DNA of 64,000 nt from Lama glama (Eukaryota): positions 28,150,001 to 28,214,000 of the forward strand of contig CM052816.1 of assembly GCA_028534125.1 (NCBI GenBank), given 5' to 3'. The notes beneath the pieces are model-generated. The model saw nothing but the letters and a program-made list of their open reading frames with translations, had not been told where the DNA came from and made no database searches. Position 1 is the first letter of the stretch. Every line of letters begins with the position of its first letter. Below, piece by piece: positions 29,774 to 43,400 of this stretch. The position numbers and the translations under genes were made by a program.

Positions 29774-32747
29774 CTGGGGAAAACCCTAGCTGGCTTCCAA
29801 ACCAGGAAACCAAAAACAGTATCAATGGGGAGGAAAATATACATTATAAAAATAGGAAAATTAATTGAACTACTTAATACAGGGTGGTTACTTTTAGTTA
29901 TCTTTGAACAACTTACCTTAAAAATATTCTAAGCAGCACATATTTTCCAGAGCTATAGATTTGAATTTTTTTTTCTGGAGAATTTAAATCACCCCAAAGA
30001 AAATCCCTACACATGTGAAATTTGAAATGGCCAATAATTTCCCATTTACCCCACAGTGAGGTCCACCAGACAAATCCTGTATATGGTCACAGAGGTTCCA
30101 ATCACTTTATATTTCATTCTAAAATGTTGTACAGGCAAAACTATAAGTGAAAGGTAATAATAAAAGCATCTTCAGACATTTAAACTCTCAAAACACACTC
30201 TCTCTCAGAAAACTCCTGGAGGTTTTAGTCCACTAAAACAAGGGAGTAGACCAAAAAAAAAAAAGACTTGGGATCCATCAAACAGAACTTCCAATAAGAG
30301 CACTGAAAGCATATCCCGTAAGTATATTTGCACAGAAGATCTAGCAAGTATGATTCCATATTGTCTCACAAAGGTCAAGCACTATAGCTAGAATGTTCCA
30401 AAGGAAAAAAAAAACTGATAGATTATCTGATGTATTTAAACATTAACAAGTGGCATTCAGAGAGGTTTAATGGTACTGTTGAATAACTGGACAAGAATTA
30501 ACTAAACTAGAAATGAGGGAAAAAAAAACTCCTGAAAAAAAATAGTTGTAAATAAAAGACACAGTTATAATAATTACATGTCTTTTTAGGGAAGAAAAGT
30601 TACGGAGCAATAATAAAATAAAGAAAATCCTGATTTAGTCAAATAAGGCCGTCAAAAAATTAGAAGATATAGGTTGGCAAAAATGAAATGAAGAGAAATC
30701 TGTTTGTGTAGGCACATGTACATACAGAAGTGCTGATGTCAATATTGTGAGGGAGAGGGAAGAGAATAAATCCTCATCTTTCATTAAGGGTAAAGAGATG
30801 TAAAAGTGTATTAACTAAACAAATGGCTGTAAGAACCAAAAATCCTAAAAGGATTGAAAACAGTTTTTTTAGTATAAAACTTACAAGGTTATTTTCATAG
30901 TTTTATATATAACAGTTACTGGAATTACCATGATTTACTTTGATAAAAATAACATTTATAGTTAAAATACGTATTAACAGGAGCCATAACTCACTGGCCT
31001 AAAACAACCAACATCAAAACAACAAAAGACAAAAATATCACCTACCAGCAGTCAGAACATCAGGTAGTGAAAACCAGTAACCCTTGAGAGACAAGAAACC
31101 AGTGAGGTAAACCACACTGCACCACCCCATGCCTAGACAAAGATTCAAAGCCAAGCCACAGGGAGGAAGAATCCAAGGAGAACCTGCTGGATTCTCACTA
31201 AGAGTAAAGGAAATCACAACAAAGATGCATCATCTCTTACCTATCTGACTGGCAAAAATCCAAAATTTGGTAACATGAGACTGGAGAAAATAAGTTCTTT
31301 TAGATTATGGCTGGTGGGAATGTGTAACAGTTCAACCTCTACAGAGGGTAATTTGGCTGTACCAAGTAAAATTAAAGACATACTTATGTGTCTGACTTCC
31401 AGGACTGTAATCTGAAAATAATACACACTCACAAATAAGATACAACGTATGCAAATTTTGTTTAAAAAAGCATTATTTATAATATCAATAGGTAACTGAA
31501 TCAAACATTGGCAACTGTTCTAAATACCTCTCTGCTAAAACCACGCAAAATCACGCATGGCCTGTTGAATGGGTCACACAGAACTAAATGAGATCAAGAA
31601 AGGCTTGCAGTCTCTGCTTCTAAATCCCAATCCCCAGGCCTTTCTACACTGACACAAGAGAAACAAAAGTCATACTGTTTCTTCTGAATGATTCGATTAC
31701 ACACTTACATTCTTAGAAATGTATGAAGGAAGGAAACAGTGGTACCTGATCCTTCCTTTTCTTTCTTTCTTTTTTTTTTTTTTTTAACATTTCTTCCTTT
31801 TCTTTCTGATGTTCTTCTTTCCATTCCTATAATTCGTCAATTGGAAGGCTGAATCTTTCTGCCTCTTCTAGTGTGTAAGGAATATTCTTTACATTTTATT
31901 TTTCTTGCTAAGATGATAGTCTCTGTTCTGGATGGAATGGCTGCAGCTTCTGGGTGGGGGTGAGGTGGAGATGGAGATCAACATGTATTAGTGCAGTATT
32001 TTCAGAGTTCTACTTTAACTGCGCTCACTTGGCGAAACATTATAGCAAGGAGTACAGCTCTTACCAGGAGGGAACACAGTACTTCTATAACATGTGTAAG
32101 AATGATGATGCCAGGGGACAGAGAAAACAGACAGGTTAGGGGATACTGTTTGCCTTTCCTGTTTATTTCCCAGAATGAGTAATCAATTCTTGATTACTAA
32201 GGGAATTTTTATTACTTTTAACTATTATAAAAGTTACCATGGTAACTTTCAACCTAGAATAATTGAGCTCTTATCTAAAAAAAAAGGTTGTTTCCTAGAA
32301 ATGTGAAGGTTAGGATTTGTAGTTTTATCTATATTCCTCTCTATCATTTGTGGCTTTGAAATGAAGAGGATATTAGAAATTGTAGGTTCATTCAATAATA
32401 AGCACATACATTTTAATGATCATAGTTGTCATTATATGAAAAAAACATGAACTGTATTTTAGTGAAGTGAGGTTGGTACATTGTACTGTTAAAACAGATG
32501 GCTAGAAAATCATATATTTTTGTACTTTTTGTTGAGCTATTCTTTAAAAATTTCAGACAAGGCTTATTATTGACAGCTTGGTAAAGAAATAAATTCCTTT
32601 CTGATATAAACTATATGATCAGTTATACATGCTCAGGTGCCATTCTTGTGAATTCTGGTGAAATGCACTATCTTTTGTGCCTTATTGCAGGCAGTAAGGG
32701 TGAGTCTGAGTTTCTGAAGAGATTTCATTACACTTGTATCATTTCCC

Positions 32748-32764
32748 AATAAATAAATAAATAA

Positions 32765-32811
<47 letters not shown>
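32748..32811. repeat. (AAAT)n(CA)n compound microsatellite
   Basis: Direct read. Confidence 0.95.
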
Positions 32812-32812
<1 letters not shown>

Positions 32813-33719
32813 TTAACTCTACTAATAAGGGTAACCTCATCACTAAAAGGAAATTAAATGACTTTTCATGGGCTTTTTGTGAGTAAATTTGTCCTGACAA
32901 TAAATATTAAATCTTCTTATTGTTTACTTTTCAGTTGAACTGATGACACAGCAAGATATTTAACAAGGGTTTGTTTTGATGGTTTGTGGAAGTTCATTAT
33001 TAATGTGCCTGAGAGTGTATATGATTCACTCAAGTTTTTCATACATAAAAGATAAGCCTATTTTTAAACAGCACATTTGTGACATTTTCAAATACTATTT
33101 ACAATGTAGTTTTCTTCAAATGTTAGACAATTCTGATAAAGTATCCCTAAATGCATGTAATTGATCTGAAAAAAGCACAGTAAAAATATTTTCACTATGT
33201 TTCTAGCCTTCTTGGATACTTTTATCTATTACACTTTTTCAGATTAACAACTGGACACGATTTCTGGTTGAAGGGGAATTTTGTTCTGTGTTTTTGTATT
33301 TATGGTTTCATCTTATAATGATCAGAAAACGTGTACTGGACTACCACTTAAAATAAAACACCGAATATTCAAGAAGTCTAGAAACATAAGGAGAATGGGA
33401 ATTAAAAAATAAGTTTATCCTATGATTCCTGATTTTGAGAACTATCAACAACACCTGCCTCTCAGATAATTGCAGGAATATATTTAAGAGTTAAGAGTTA
33501 TTTGGATCATCCATCTAGCTAGCCACCTACCTATATTCAGGATAAACACAACTTGAATGTTACCTTTTTTTTTCTTTTTAACTTGAAAGAACACAAAAGA
33601 AACACAAATTGTCATGCCATGATAGAATTACTTTCATGTACTTTATATCCTCAGGTCTCAGGAGAAGTATGACACTATTGATATGAATATGCTATCTTGG
33701 AAACAAGAAAACGCTAATA

Positions 33720-33962
33720 TTGGTGACCCAGGAATAATGCAGTGATTAGGGGCATCAACCCTCTGTGAAGTAGAAAATACAGGAATAATTGCTAGTCAGC
33801 TCTCCAGTATACTTGGTTCCTCCCTATCTGCAATTTAGCATCTGAAGATTCAGCCAGTTAAAGGCTCTGCAGTTCTGTAGTATTTACCATGGCACAGCAA
33901 CAAAAATCCTTGCATAAGTGAACCATGCAGTTCAAACCCATGTTGTTCAAGAGCAAAATGTA
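33720..33962. mobile_element. Tigger2-like (TcMar) DNA transposon fossil
   Basis: 3' end taagtgaaccatgcagttcaaacccatgttgttcaag resembles the Tigger2a-type terminus. Confidence 0.65.
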
Positions 33963-34094
33963 TTTAAATTCCTGCTTATTAATAGTTATAAGGTATGTCC
34001 CAGCTTCAAAAACGTTTTAATTGTGCAATATATACTAAACTTTAGGATATAAAGTTTGGTCTCATTTATTGCTATCACATGAGATACTGTAGTT

Positions 34095-34585
34095 TTTTTT
34101 TTAAATAAAGACTTAATTTTTTTGGAGAAGTTTTAGGTTCACAATAAAACTCAAAAAAAGGTACAGAGATTTCCCAGATATTTTCTGCCTCCTACCACAT
34201 GCATAGCCTCTCCCACTATCAGCATCCTCCAGCCGAGCAGTACATTCCTTACAACTGATGATTCTATATTAACATGTCATAATTACCCAAAGTTCACAGT
34301 GTACCTTACTTCTTGGTGTTGCACATTTTATGGGTTTTACATCCACCATTATACTGTCATACAGAGTATTTTCATGGCCCTGAAAATCCTCTGTGCTCTG
34401 ACTATTCAACCACTAATCTTTCTACTGTCTCCACTGTTTTGCTATTTCCAGAATATCATACAGCTGAAATCACACTGTATGTATGTAGCCTTTTCAGACT
34501 GGCTTCTTTCACCTAGCAATATGCATTTAAGGTTCCTCCAGGTTTTTTCAAGGTTTCATAATTCATTTCTTTTTAGCGCTGATGA
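34095..34585 (-). mobile_element. Old LINE-1 3' end (L1MC/MD-like)
   Basis: ttttaggttcaca…gtacagagatttcc…cttttcagactggcttctttcacctagcaatatgcatttaaggttcctcca. Confidence 0.7.
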
Positions 34586-34681
34586 GTTCTTTGGATTTAC
34601 AATTTTTAAAAATCAAAAAAATGGCAAACTCTTGTTAAGTCACTCTATCTGTAATGGAAAACATTTTTAAAATTAGTATGT

Positions 34682-34773
34682 GTATGTATGTATATGCATG
34701 ACTGGGACATTGTGCTGTACACCAGAAACTGACACATTGCCACTGACTATACTTCAATAAAAAGAAAAGAAAA
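34682..34773 (+). mobile_element. Extremely truncated L1 3' tail
   Basis: Matches the last ~90 nt of the young L1 copies (tgtgctgtacaccagaaactgacaca…gactatacttcaataaaa); TSD aaaatta(g/c)tatgt. Confidence 0.75.
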
Positions 34774-37700
34774 AAAATTACTATGTAATAAGCGAGGAAG
34801 TTATACAATAAAAATAGTATGAATTTAAAACAAAGATACAACACTGTAATATGGGACTCAGTTTTCAACATGTAGACAATTAAAGAGTTATCCTTATTAC
34901 ACTAAGAAAATTTTCTATACTTAAATCGGTCTGTGGTAGTCTGTAAAATTACTACACTTTTACAGTAAAAGTAGTAGTCTTATTTAAAAAAAATTATTCT
35001 ATAGTGCACTTAATATTAGGTATACTGGAACTAGGAAGATAATGGAAGCATAGGGAAGATTTTGAATTTTAGAAGCATATGAACATGCACTTTTATAGGC
35101 AAATAAGAAAAATCAAGTTAATATAATCCACAGATACTAGAATTATTAGCCATCATATAGAAAATAATAATAAATGCCAAAAATGGAATTGTTAGCACAT
35201 AAGAAAATTTACTATCTTTGTCTATTAGACAAAACCCACTAGGGAGCTCTTTAATATATACCACTTTGCACAATATACGCTACACTCCAGTCCCTGAAGA
35301 AACATACTAGCTAGTGCAGAGATAAGATTAATATAAATGGCATTTTTTAAACAATTAAGAGAACTTCAAAACCTATTATTTCCATATGATTCCGCTTCAA
35401 ACAAGCTGTACTGAAAATTGAAAATGAATGAAAAAATATTTTGAGTATACATTTGGTGCCAAGTCCCTGACTAACCCACAAGTGGTACATGTGCACAATG
35501 GACCCGAAGAAGCAAAACAAAAGCTTTGAAGACTGAATTGACACTGAAACCATCACTACACAAAATGATACAGAATTTGTACTCTGAATTTAGACAGGTT
35601 GATTGCATGCAAAAATATGAAATAAACATTTCCCATACGATTTTAACAGCACCCTTGTAGTATTAAAAATATATCAGATACATCTCTAAATTACCCTATA
35701 AACAAAGAACCAGAATATTTAACTCAAGAAACAGAAAACCAACAGATGAGAATCTCATGACAACATGAATGTTGGAATTTTCAGAAAAAGGTTTTAATGC
35801 AGCTATTATAATTGTGGAATAGGAGGTGAAGATAAACACTAGATGGGCGGAAAAAGAGAAGTATATAAATATATATAAATAATAAGAACCAAGTAAAAAT
35901 TTTAGAATTGGATATTATAGTATCTTCAATTTTAAAAACTAAAAATCATGGATAGGGCCAAAAGAACAGAATGGTGATGACAAAGGAAAGATTCAGTGAA
36001 TCTGAAGGAAATTAAAAAAAAAAATTCTACCTAGACATAGCATAATCAAACTGCCGATGGTCATAAGTAAAGAAAATACATTTCAAAAAGGAATGAAAAT
36101 GAAAAACTGTTTTGCTACTTATGCCAGAGACTGTACTAGGTCGTTTTACCTGTGTCTTACCAGTCTCACAGTAACCATTACTTTAGGTATTATGATTTCC
36201 TCTTTCAAGATGGCAGTGCTGACTCAGAAAGTATTCAAAGCTGCTAAGTAGTAGTGAGGGATTTACCAGGTCGACTGTATTGAAGTCCACTTTGTCCACT
36301 GCAGTCATTTTGTTTATATACCCAAACATTTTCAATGCACCTTTCTAATTATTCAAGGACCTAGTGTATGTACTGAGTATAAATTCATCCCTTACTGTTT
36401 CAATATAAAGTCAGAGGGGTATAATGTTACTCCTTCCTAGACTATATCATTTCAGCTATTAAAATAGAAGAAATTATCATGTTGAAGTTAATTTGCATCA
36501 ATTAAGGTGCATTAGGTTACAGACAACAGTAAATAACTCAAGCTGATTGAGGCAAAACAAGAATTTATTGAAGTGGGGATGGGACACTTAAGAAAGTAAA
36601 GTAATAGATAAAACAGCCAGGTCTTAAAAAAAAAAAAAAGAGGAATTGAAGCAAGTCCAGTAGTAGAGACCCAATGGACTTAATTTGAGTTGGAGACAAA
36701 AGATAACCTACCTCTAACTCTCACAAGCTCTATCTTTTCTATTTTAATTTTCCAAGTTATCTAGTACAGATTGATCCATATGGACTGAGGCTGACAACCA
36801 GGTCAATCTTGGAAGCCAGTCCGTGAAGTAATGGCTTCACTTGGCTAGTCTGACTTGCCCATATGTGTGTTCAGAAGGTAGAGCCTCTTATTAAAGGAAG
36901 AAGTAGTTCTGGGCAGATAAAAGCAAAAGCAACTGTAATCCATCTCTTGGCTTCTGTGAACTTGTGCACACACAAGTATCCTTTCTGTTGTTACACATAC
37001 ATACCCATGGGGAACAACTGGACACAAATCTGGTAATTTCAAGGTAATCAAATATGTACACATACAGATTTCCCAAAGGCCAGTGTGCAGTTTTAAGCTT
37101 TAATAATTTCAGGAAGGTAAAGGCTACAAATTAGAAAGAACACCATTTGAAAGTTTAGCTATTTTAGTTTTCCTTTTCCTATATAGTTTTGTAAACTGTC
37201 CATAATACTTTTTTAATTTTTATTTTTTTGTTTCTGTCTTCTAATTGAAGATACTGGCGTGACAAAGGAAAATTAAAATTCATATCTGAAAATGTACTAA
37301 ATTAAACAACTGTAAATGACATGCAAATAACTAAACATGCACATTGTATTTTCCAAAAGTTGGTATCTTTTACACTCCTAAAGCTATTACGCTTAAAATT
37401 CCATTGTGGCTTTTAGGACACGTGTATTTACACATGCCTGACTGTCTCAGATGAATTATACATGTTCCATCTCTCCTAGCATGACTGTGTAAGAAGGGTT
37501 TGTGCACCTACACATGAACAAGCCCAGAGAAGCCAAGGGGCGGGGTTTTGTCGCCTCTGGTTTCATTCGTGCCGTACCTTTTGCTCTTTCAATGATAAGA
37601 ATGTCTGTCCCTCAGCCAAATGACTATGCAGGTGACTATATTAAAAGGGAGATATGAGGAAAAGTATACATTCATTTAAAGAAAACAATGTAGAAAAATA

Positions 37701-38342
37701 TGTACTACTTTGAGAGAAATGCATGGGGCTGAGTGCATGGGAGAAGAGGTATTACAATCTGTACTATTTAAATTCTGTAATGTTCACACTTGTCTGCATC
37801 AAGCAGCATTCACGGATTTCATACCGGGGAGGTTAAGAAAGTTGGAGTGAAAGACAGTATCTGGGCTGGAGAGTAAGACTGTGAGCCAGGTGTCCAAGCT
37901 GACAATAAATGAAACAGAAGTGAGAAGAAAGAAGCAGAACTCAACGTGGGAAGAGAAATACTAGAGTATCTTTTTAAACCCTCTGTCACCTTAGCAGTCT
38001 CCTCCCCTAAATTCCTACCAAGTTGTCATCAGTCTTCTGTTCTACTGTTGATAGCTTTAAGTATAAAGACTTTTCTTCCTGTAGCACTAGTATCTACCTA
38101 TACTGTCCTCTTCTCTACAAGGCAACAGTGCAGGTATTTTCAGTGGCCCCTGACTCCCTGAGGGCGAGTACCAGGAGCTGGAAAGTCTTTCCACAGGACT
38201 CCTGAGTGTCTAGTATCCTCAATATTCCTTAGGTTCCTCAAGACTCTATGTGGGCTATTTTCTCAGTTAGGTGCCGCATTTTACAGAGCAACTGAAAGCA
38301 GCTACAGGATGTGAGGCACATGTGTTTTCAGGCCAGCCCTAC

Positions 38343-38455
38343 CTTGATGCCGCGGGGCTCACAAGAACGGCTGAGCTCTTGCCAGACCATCGGACTGTGT
38401 TGGACACCATCGCTCAGAATCTTCAGGCCACTGGGTCTGTGTCGCTGTGAGAAAA
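38343..38455 (-). other. Candidate non-coding (3' UTR) exon of the FAM170A-like gene
   Basis: Acceptor ccttctctgtttcag|, donor CAAG|gtaggg; locally CpG-enriched 113 nt, 1.3 kb downstream of the stop. Confidence 0.35.
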
Positions 38456-39761
38456 CTGAAACAGAGAAGGGGATCCATTCAATAAGGAAGCTTTTCTTAC
38501 TTTAGTGACAAATGTTCAGCCACTCTCAGGATTTCCTGCAGGATACAGAAAATTCAGGAAAATTGCCAAGTTTCATTCTAACTGTGACTTTCAGAAGATG
38601 GAAGATGAGCCCTTGATTTGTTCCATTTACTAGAAAGACACATTCTCATTAATTGTAGTATATGAATCAGGCTTTACAATGTCTTTAGAGCTTTGTCTAC
38701 GTTTCATTCCTCTGCCAGCCAAATAGAACAAGACACTTGATGCTGTAACAAAAGGAAAGTATCATGTGAGAATCGTGAACCTTCAATAAAAGGATATGGA
38801 GGTCCTCCAGGAAGCAACACATTCAGTTAAAAGTTACCCGAAACAGTTCATGGCTTAAGGGTAGCCTCCACTCCTTTCCTTCCCTGGTGACACCTGACAC
38901 TTTTGAGAGGGCAGTCAGAACCACTGGCTCCTACTATATCAGAAGGGAAATTTTTCTCATAAAAATAAAAAGGATTTGAATGGTTGTTTCCTTCAAGCAG
39001 TTACAACTCCTCAGCAGTCTCCTCCAGGGGGTGAAAATCACAGAATGGAGTCTAAGATCTCACTCCCACCCAGAGAAAGGGTAGAACTATGACTGGCCTT
39101 CATACCAACCTTTTTCTTCAAGGACAGAAGGCCTGTCTCTATCTTGCCCTGTGCCCCCTGGAAGGGAGGCAGGCCAGGGAATAAACCTGGAGGGGATGTA
39201 AGTCTTGTGACCTTCAATTTATCTAGGAGTGGTGGGCCCAGCCCTCTCTGCCCTGCTCAGCTACTGGCAGGTCTTTAGTCCTGTTCCTTCAAAGGGCACA
39301 GACAGGAAACACTCCTGTTTAATTTGTTATCAACCAAGTATTCCACTTTCAAGTATATATTACTCAGAAGGGAATTCTTCGTTACAGTTATCATGGAACC
39401 GGGGGAGGCATCTGTGGTGGATGCCACCCTTTCTTAGAACCCAGCATCCCACGTTTCCTTGACATTCTCTTATCCCTGTGGTCCTCACCTCTTCTGCAAT
39501 CTGGCCCACAGCAGCTTCCACTTCCAATTGTAGTGGTGGAGAGGGTACAGTGATGCTTATTTTAGTCTTGCTCTTCCATGTGACGTGAACTGCCTTCTCC
39601 TCTCTCCTCAGGAGATCAGCGGGCTGTCTGCTCCTCTTGGTGGTGAAGTGGTAGATATGCATAAACAAAGGTGGGTACTATGGCTGCTTAGAAAAGATAA
39701 AGCCTTCTTGGTAGTCTGGCCTCCTTCACTTCCTCTCTTTAAGGGCTGAAAAACAGTCTGT

Positions 39762-40480
39762 TTATTTATATGAGGATATCTTCATGCCAAAATGTTTTTC
39801 TTCATGGCATCCAGATGTTGCCTTCTTGATTTTCTTCTTCTTCCTCCTCTTCTTCTTCCCTTTCCTATTCCCCTTGCTCTTGAACCAAGCCAAGGCAAGA
39901 TGGAAAGCATGGCAGCTAAAGCCCTCATTGATCCCACGCTCCACATGCTCCTGAAGGACCTCTAAGCTGGGGAAGACCCGGCAGCAGCCCATGCACCTGA
40001 AGCCACTATCCAGAGCCACCAGCCATTCAGGCGTCTTGGCCCTGGAACATTCCTCCAGAGCTGGAGGTTCTGCTGGACTTTCCTTTTCCCTTTCCTCTTG
40101 GGCTTTGCTATCTGAGATGAACTCGGTGTCAGTAAGGAGCTCCTTTGTAGATACATGACAGAAGATGAATGTTGTGGGGACCTTTTCAGGACAGGTCATT
40201 TCTTCTATTCTTATCTTCTTTGAAGAAGGTTTTAATCCTTCCCCAGTATTCCATGAGATAGCCACACCCCTTTCCAACTGTACATGCATATAGTAAATTT
40301 TCATGAACCTTTTCTCTTGCATATGTACTGATGACACAAAGGACTCATTGCTATTAACCAAATGAAATGGGAAAGAGACTTGTGGAAAAGGGGAGGAAGT
40401 CTCCCATTGCTCCAAATCCTGGGAGAGAGGCATCTCAGGGGATTCAAAACAGGAAACAACTTGATATAATTGATGGATTC
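39762..40480 (-). CDS. FAM170A: FAM170A-like main exon (FAM170 domain, atypical C-x2-C-x12-H zinc finger, basic tail, stop)
   Basis: Lies within the 245-aa ORF 39762-40499. Acceptor ttttctttcctag| at 40481-40482 gives phase-1 entry (G/R)IHQLYQ, like human GIQRIHR. Contains [19 protein letters not shown] and ends in TAA. Confidence 0.92.
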
Positions 40481-43400
40481 CTAGGAAAGAAAATTTCAAA
40501 CATAAGAAAACTAGGATAAGTATGGGAAGTTTACAGGAGTTAAGATGGCAATGAAAATATTCCTATATGGCATGTGGAGTGTAAGTCCACACACATGTGA
40601 TACTTCAGAATTCTGGGTGGTATGATTTATTTGGCGTGTATGCATGGTTTAAAAATGTGAGAATGAGGATGTGGTGTGTCTTGAGGTGTTGTATGTATGT
40701 TCTCAGACATATCTGGTGTTTTTAATGTTGATGAAAGGGGACGAATAGGTGTGTGCATGTGTGTTATATGGTGTTACAAACAGGCACAAGAGTGGTACAT
40801 GTTCTTACTGTGAGATAGTAAGACTTAAGAGTGTCAGAGCAAACACATGTGAGCTCTCAGAATGTGCCTTTCTATGAAGGACTGAAGGTTCTGTGGGAGA
40901 AGTAATACATAGATTAGAAAAACTGTATATGAAAGCACATTCCCTTCAGGGCATATGAGTTTTCTTGAGTCTGACCTAGCATAAGGAGTTCAAACAGGTT
41001 ACACACGTGAAGGGATGTGATGTAAGAGATTAGTGTACAAACAGGTGAATCCGAAAATGATTATGTGAAGGACTGAAGGGTGTACCTATGTAATGCTACT
41101 GGAGAATGGGGAAGATAGATGAAGACTAAAGCTGTGTGTTATTTGAGAGAAAAAATAAAAGGAAGGAGAAATAGGGCCGTATTTGGTCTGAAGGACTCTA
41201 TATACACTGTGTGAGTGTGTGAGGAAGAGTTTGTGCTGATCTGAGGAGGAAGGTTCTGATTAATTTCCCGTGCACATATCAACACTGCCCACGTAGAGCT
41301 GTCCCAGGATTCACGTGTTGAGTATCTGTGCTGAGAAACTGTCCTATCCCTGAAGGCACACTCTCTTTTTGTCCCTTGGAAGAGTCCTAGTCCCTCTGCC
41401 CTGAATCCCTTTTTTGTTTTTGAGGGGAAAGTGAAATAAGTAGGGATGGGCTCAATAGTTCTCCTGTACTTCCTTCCCAGTCTTCAGTCCTACCTTTGTA
41501 TCTTCCTTATCATCCTCATCAGCAAAAATAAGCTTTCGTGCAGAGACACAGGAGAAATATTCTGAGGCAGAGGACTTTCCCCTACGAAACTCCATTTATC
41601 TCAAAATACAAATAAACAATGATTAAAATTGTGTATGTGATGGATGCCAGTGGTGTTGAGTATCTTGTTTGTGATATTTCTAGAGGTGTATACAGACTAT
41701 CAAAAACTTAGAACTATGCCTGAAATATAGTATGTAGTCACTAAAACCTGGATATTATTAGCTCAACTTTCCTTACCAGAAACTGTTCAATTGGAGGATA
41801 TGGGGTTTAAGTTTAATGAAGAATTCTGTATGTATACCTATCAACCTATATTGATAGCTATACTGACATAGATATATAGAGAAATATAGATGTAAATTTA
41901 TATATATGTATATATACACACATATATAATGTATACATGAATAAATATGGAGAGAGAGATGTAGAGATTACAAACTAAAGAATGTCTTTCACCACCAGGC
42001 TCTACAAGAATTAGCCACTGTAATCACTGACCTTTAACACACACTGAAAAGAGCTCAGGGTGGAGATCAGGAATGAGACACTCAGTGTTTCGGGACACAC
42101 TGGCAGAACAGGCCTTCAGATAGTTACATATTTTCAGGAAAAAATTTTGTGAACTCAATTTCTTGTATTTTCTCATACTCAGAAAAGCACTAAAATTATT
42201 AACAGAGACATCTAGATGTTCCCTGTGACTACCAGCAATCTTCTTGCTACTAGCAGCAACCTACCGAGATGTTCAATTGATTGCATGTACCCCCTTCACC
42301 AAAATCACATATATAGTGACTTCCTCAACACCTCCTCAGACCAGCCCTTCAGAGCTGTCCATCTCATGGGCTATACTCCTCAGTAAGCACCAAACAAAAC
42401 TTAACTCACAGCTCTCACGTGGTATGTGTAAGGGGGTGTGTGTGTATGTTTTTCAGACTCACAGCTCTCGCGCGTGTGTGTTTCAGTCAACAATATAAAT
42501 TTTTAATTGTTCCTCAGGAACTTGCCGTGGTGCTGGAGATGCTCACATGAAGACTTTATAGTCTTGCCCTAGACTCCTGGAAATGTGCTTCTACATTTTC
42601 CTTAGATTTGTAATCTTCCCATTCAGATCCTTTAAGAGCCTCTTATAAAGGCAACAGAGATACCTACATGGTACATTTCTTCCCATAGATCAGAAACAGA
42701 GGCCTTAAGCAGTCCCTGAGAGAAGGGGTCATTTATGGCCATTGCTGAGCAAAGAGCTCAGTTCCAATCCTAGACCATCATGCTGACCCATCTGCCTGCC
42801 TGATTCTTTCTCAGCGTCTCCTCTTTCCCACACTCACTCATATCATCATGAATCAGCTTGTCTAGAGAAGAGGCACAGGAGATATATTCTGAGTGTGAAT
42901 CCTCTGCTCTTTGGCTGTGGCCTTGGACGAACCCAAAAGGTCCAGACAGCAGGGTTTCTTCATCTGAGCCTAAGATTTCTAGGAAAGAGAAGGAAAACCA
43001 GATATAAGGTTTGTTTTTTTTGACTTCAGCAAACATTCAAAAAATACCACGTACGATGACACACATGATACTTGTCCTCATAAAGCTTACAGTCCACTTT
43101 CTGTCTGAAGTCCCAAAGTACAGGCATACAAATATATTTGATAGAATAATGTGTCTGATTACCTGTGAGTACCCTATGCTGTTTTCTGCAGTGTATCAAA
43201 GGCTCCAGTTCTTCTCTGGTACATAGCAAGGTACCTGTATTATTCACCAAAAGAATAAATTTGGAGTATGCACACAGGTAAAGTGCCTCAGTTTATCAGC
43301 TGTGGATTATCACATCAAAGTTCTGCTGCATCCTGAGAGTTAGAATTTACAGGAAGGAATCTACTGACGTCTATTTCTCATCCCCAGCCCCCTCTTCTAG

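Noticed and set aside
40481..40499. N-terminus MKFSFL of the 245-aa ORF as a real start
   Set aside because: The TTG start lies in the polypyrimidine tract; homology begins after the AG at 40481-40482.
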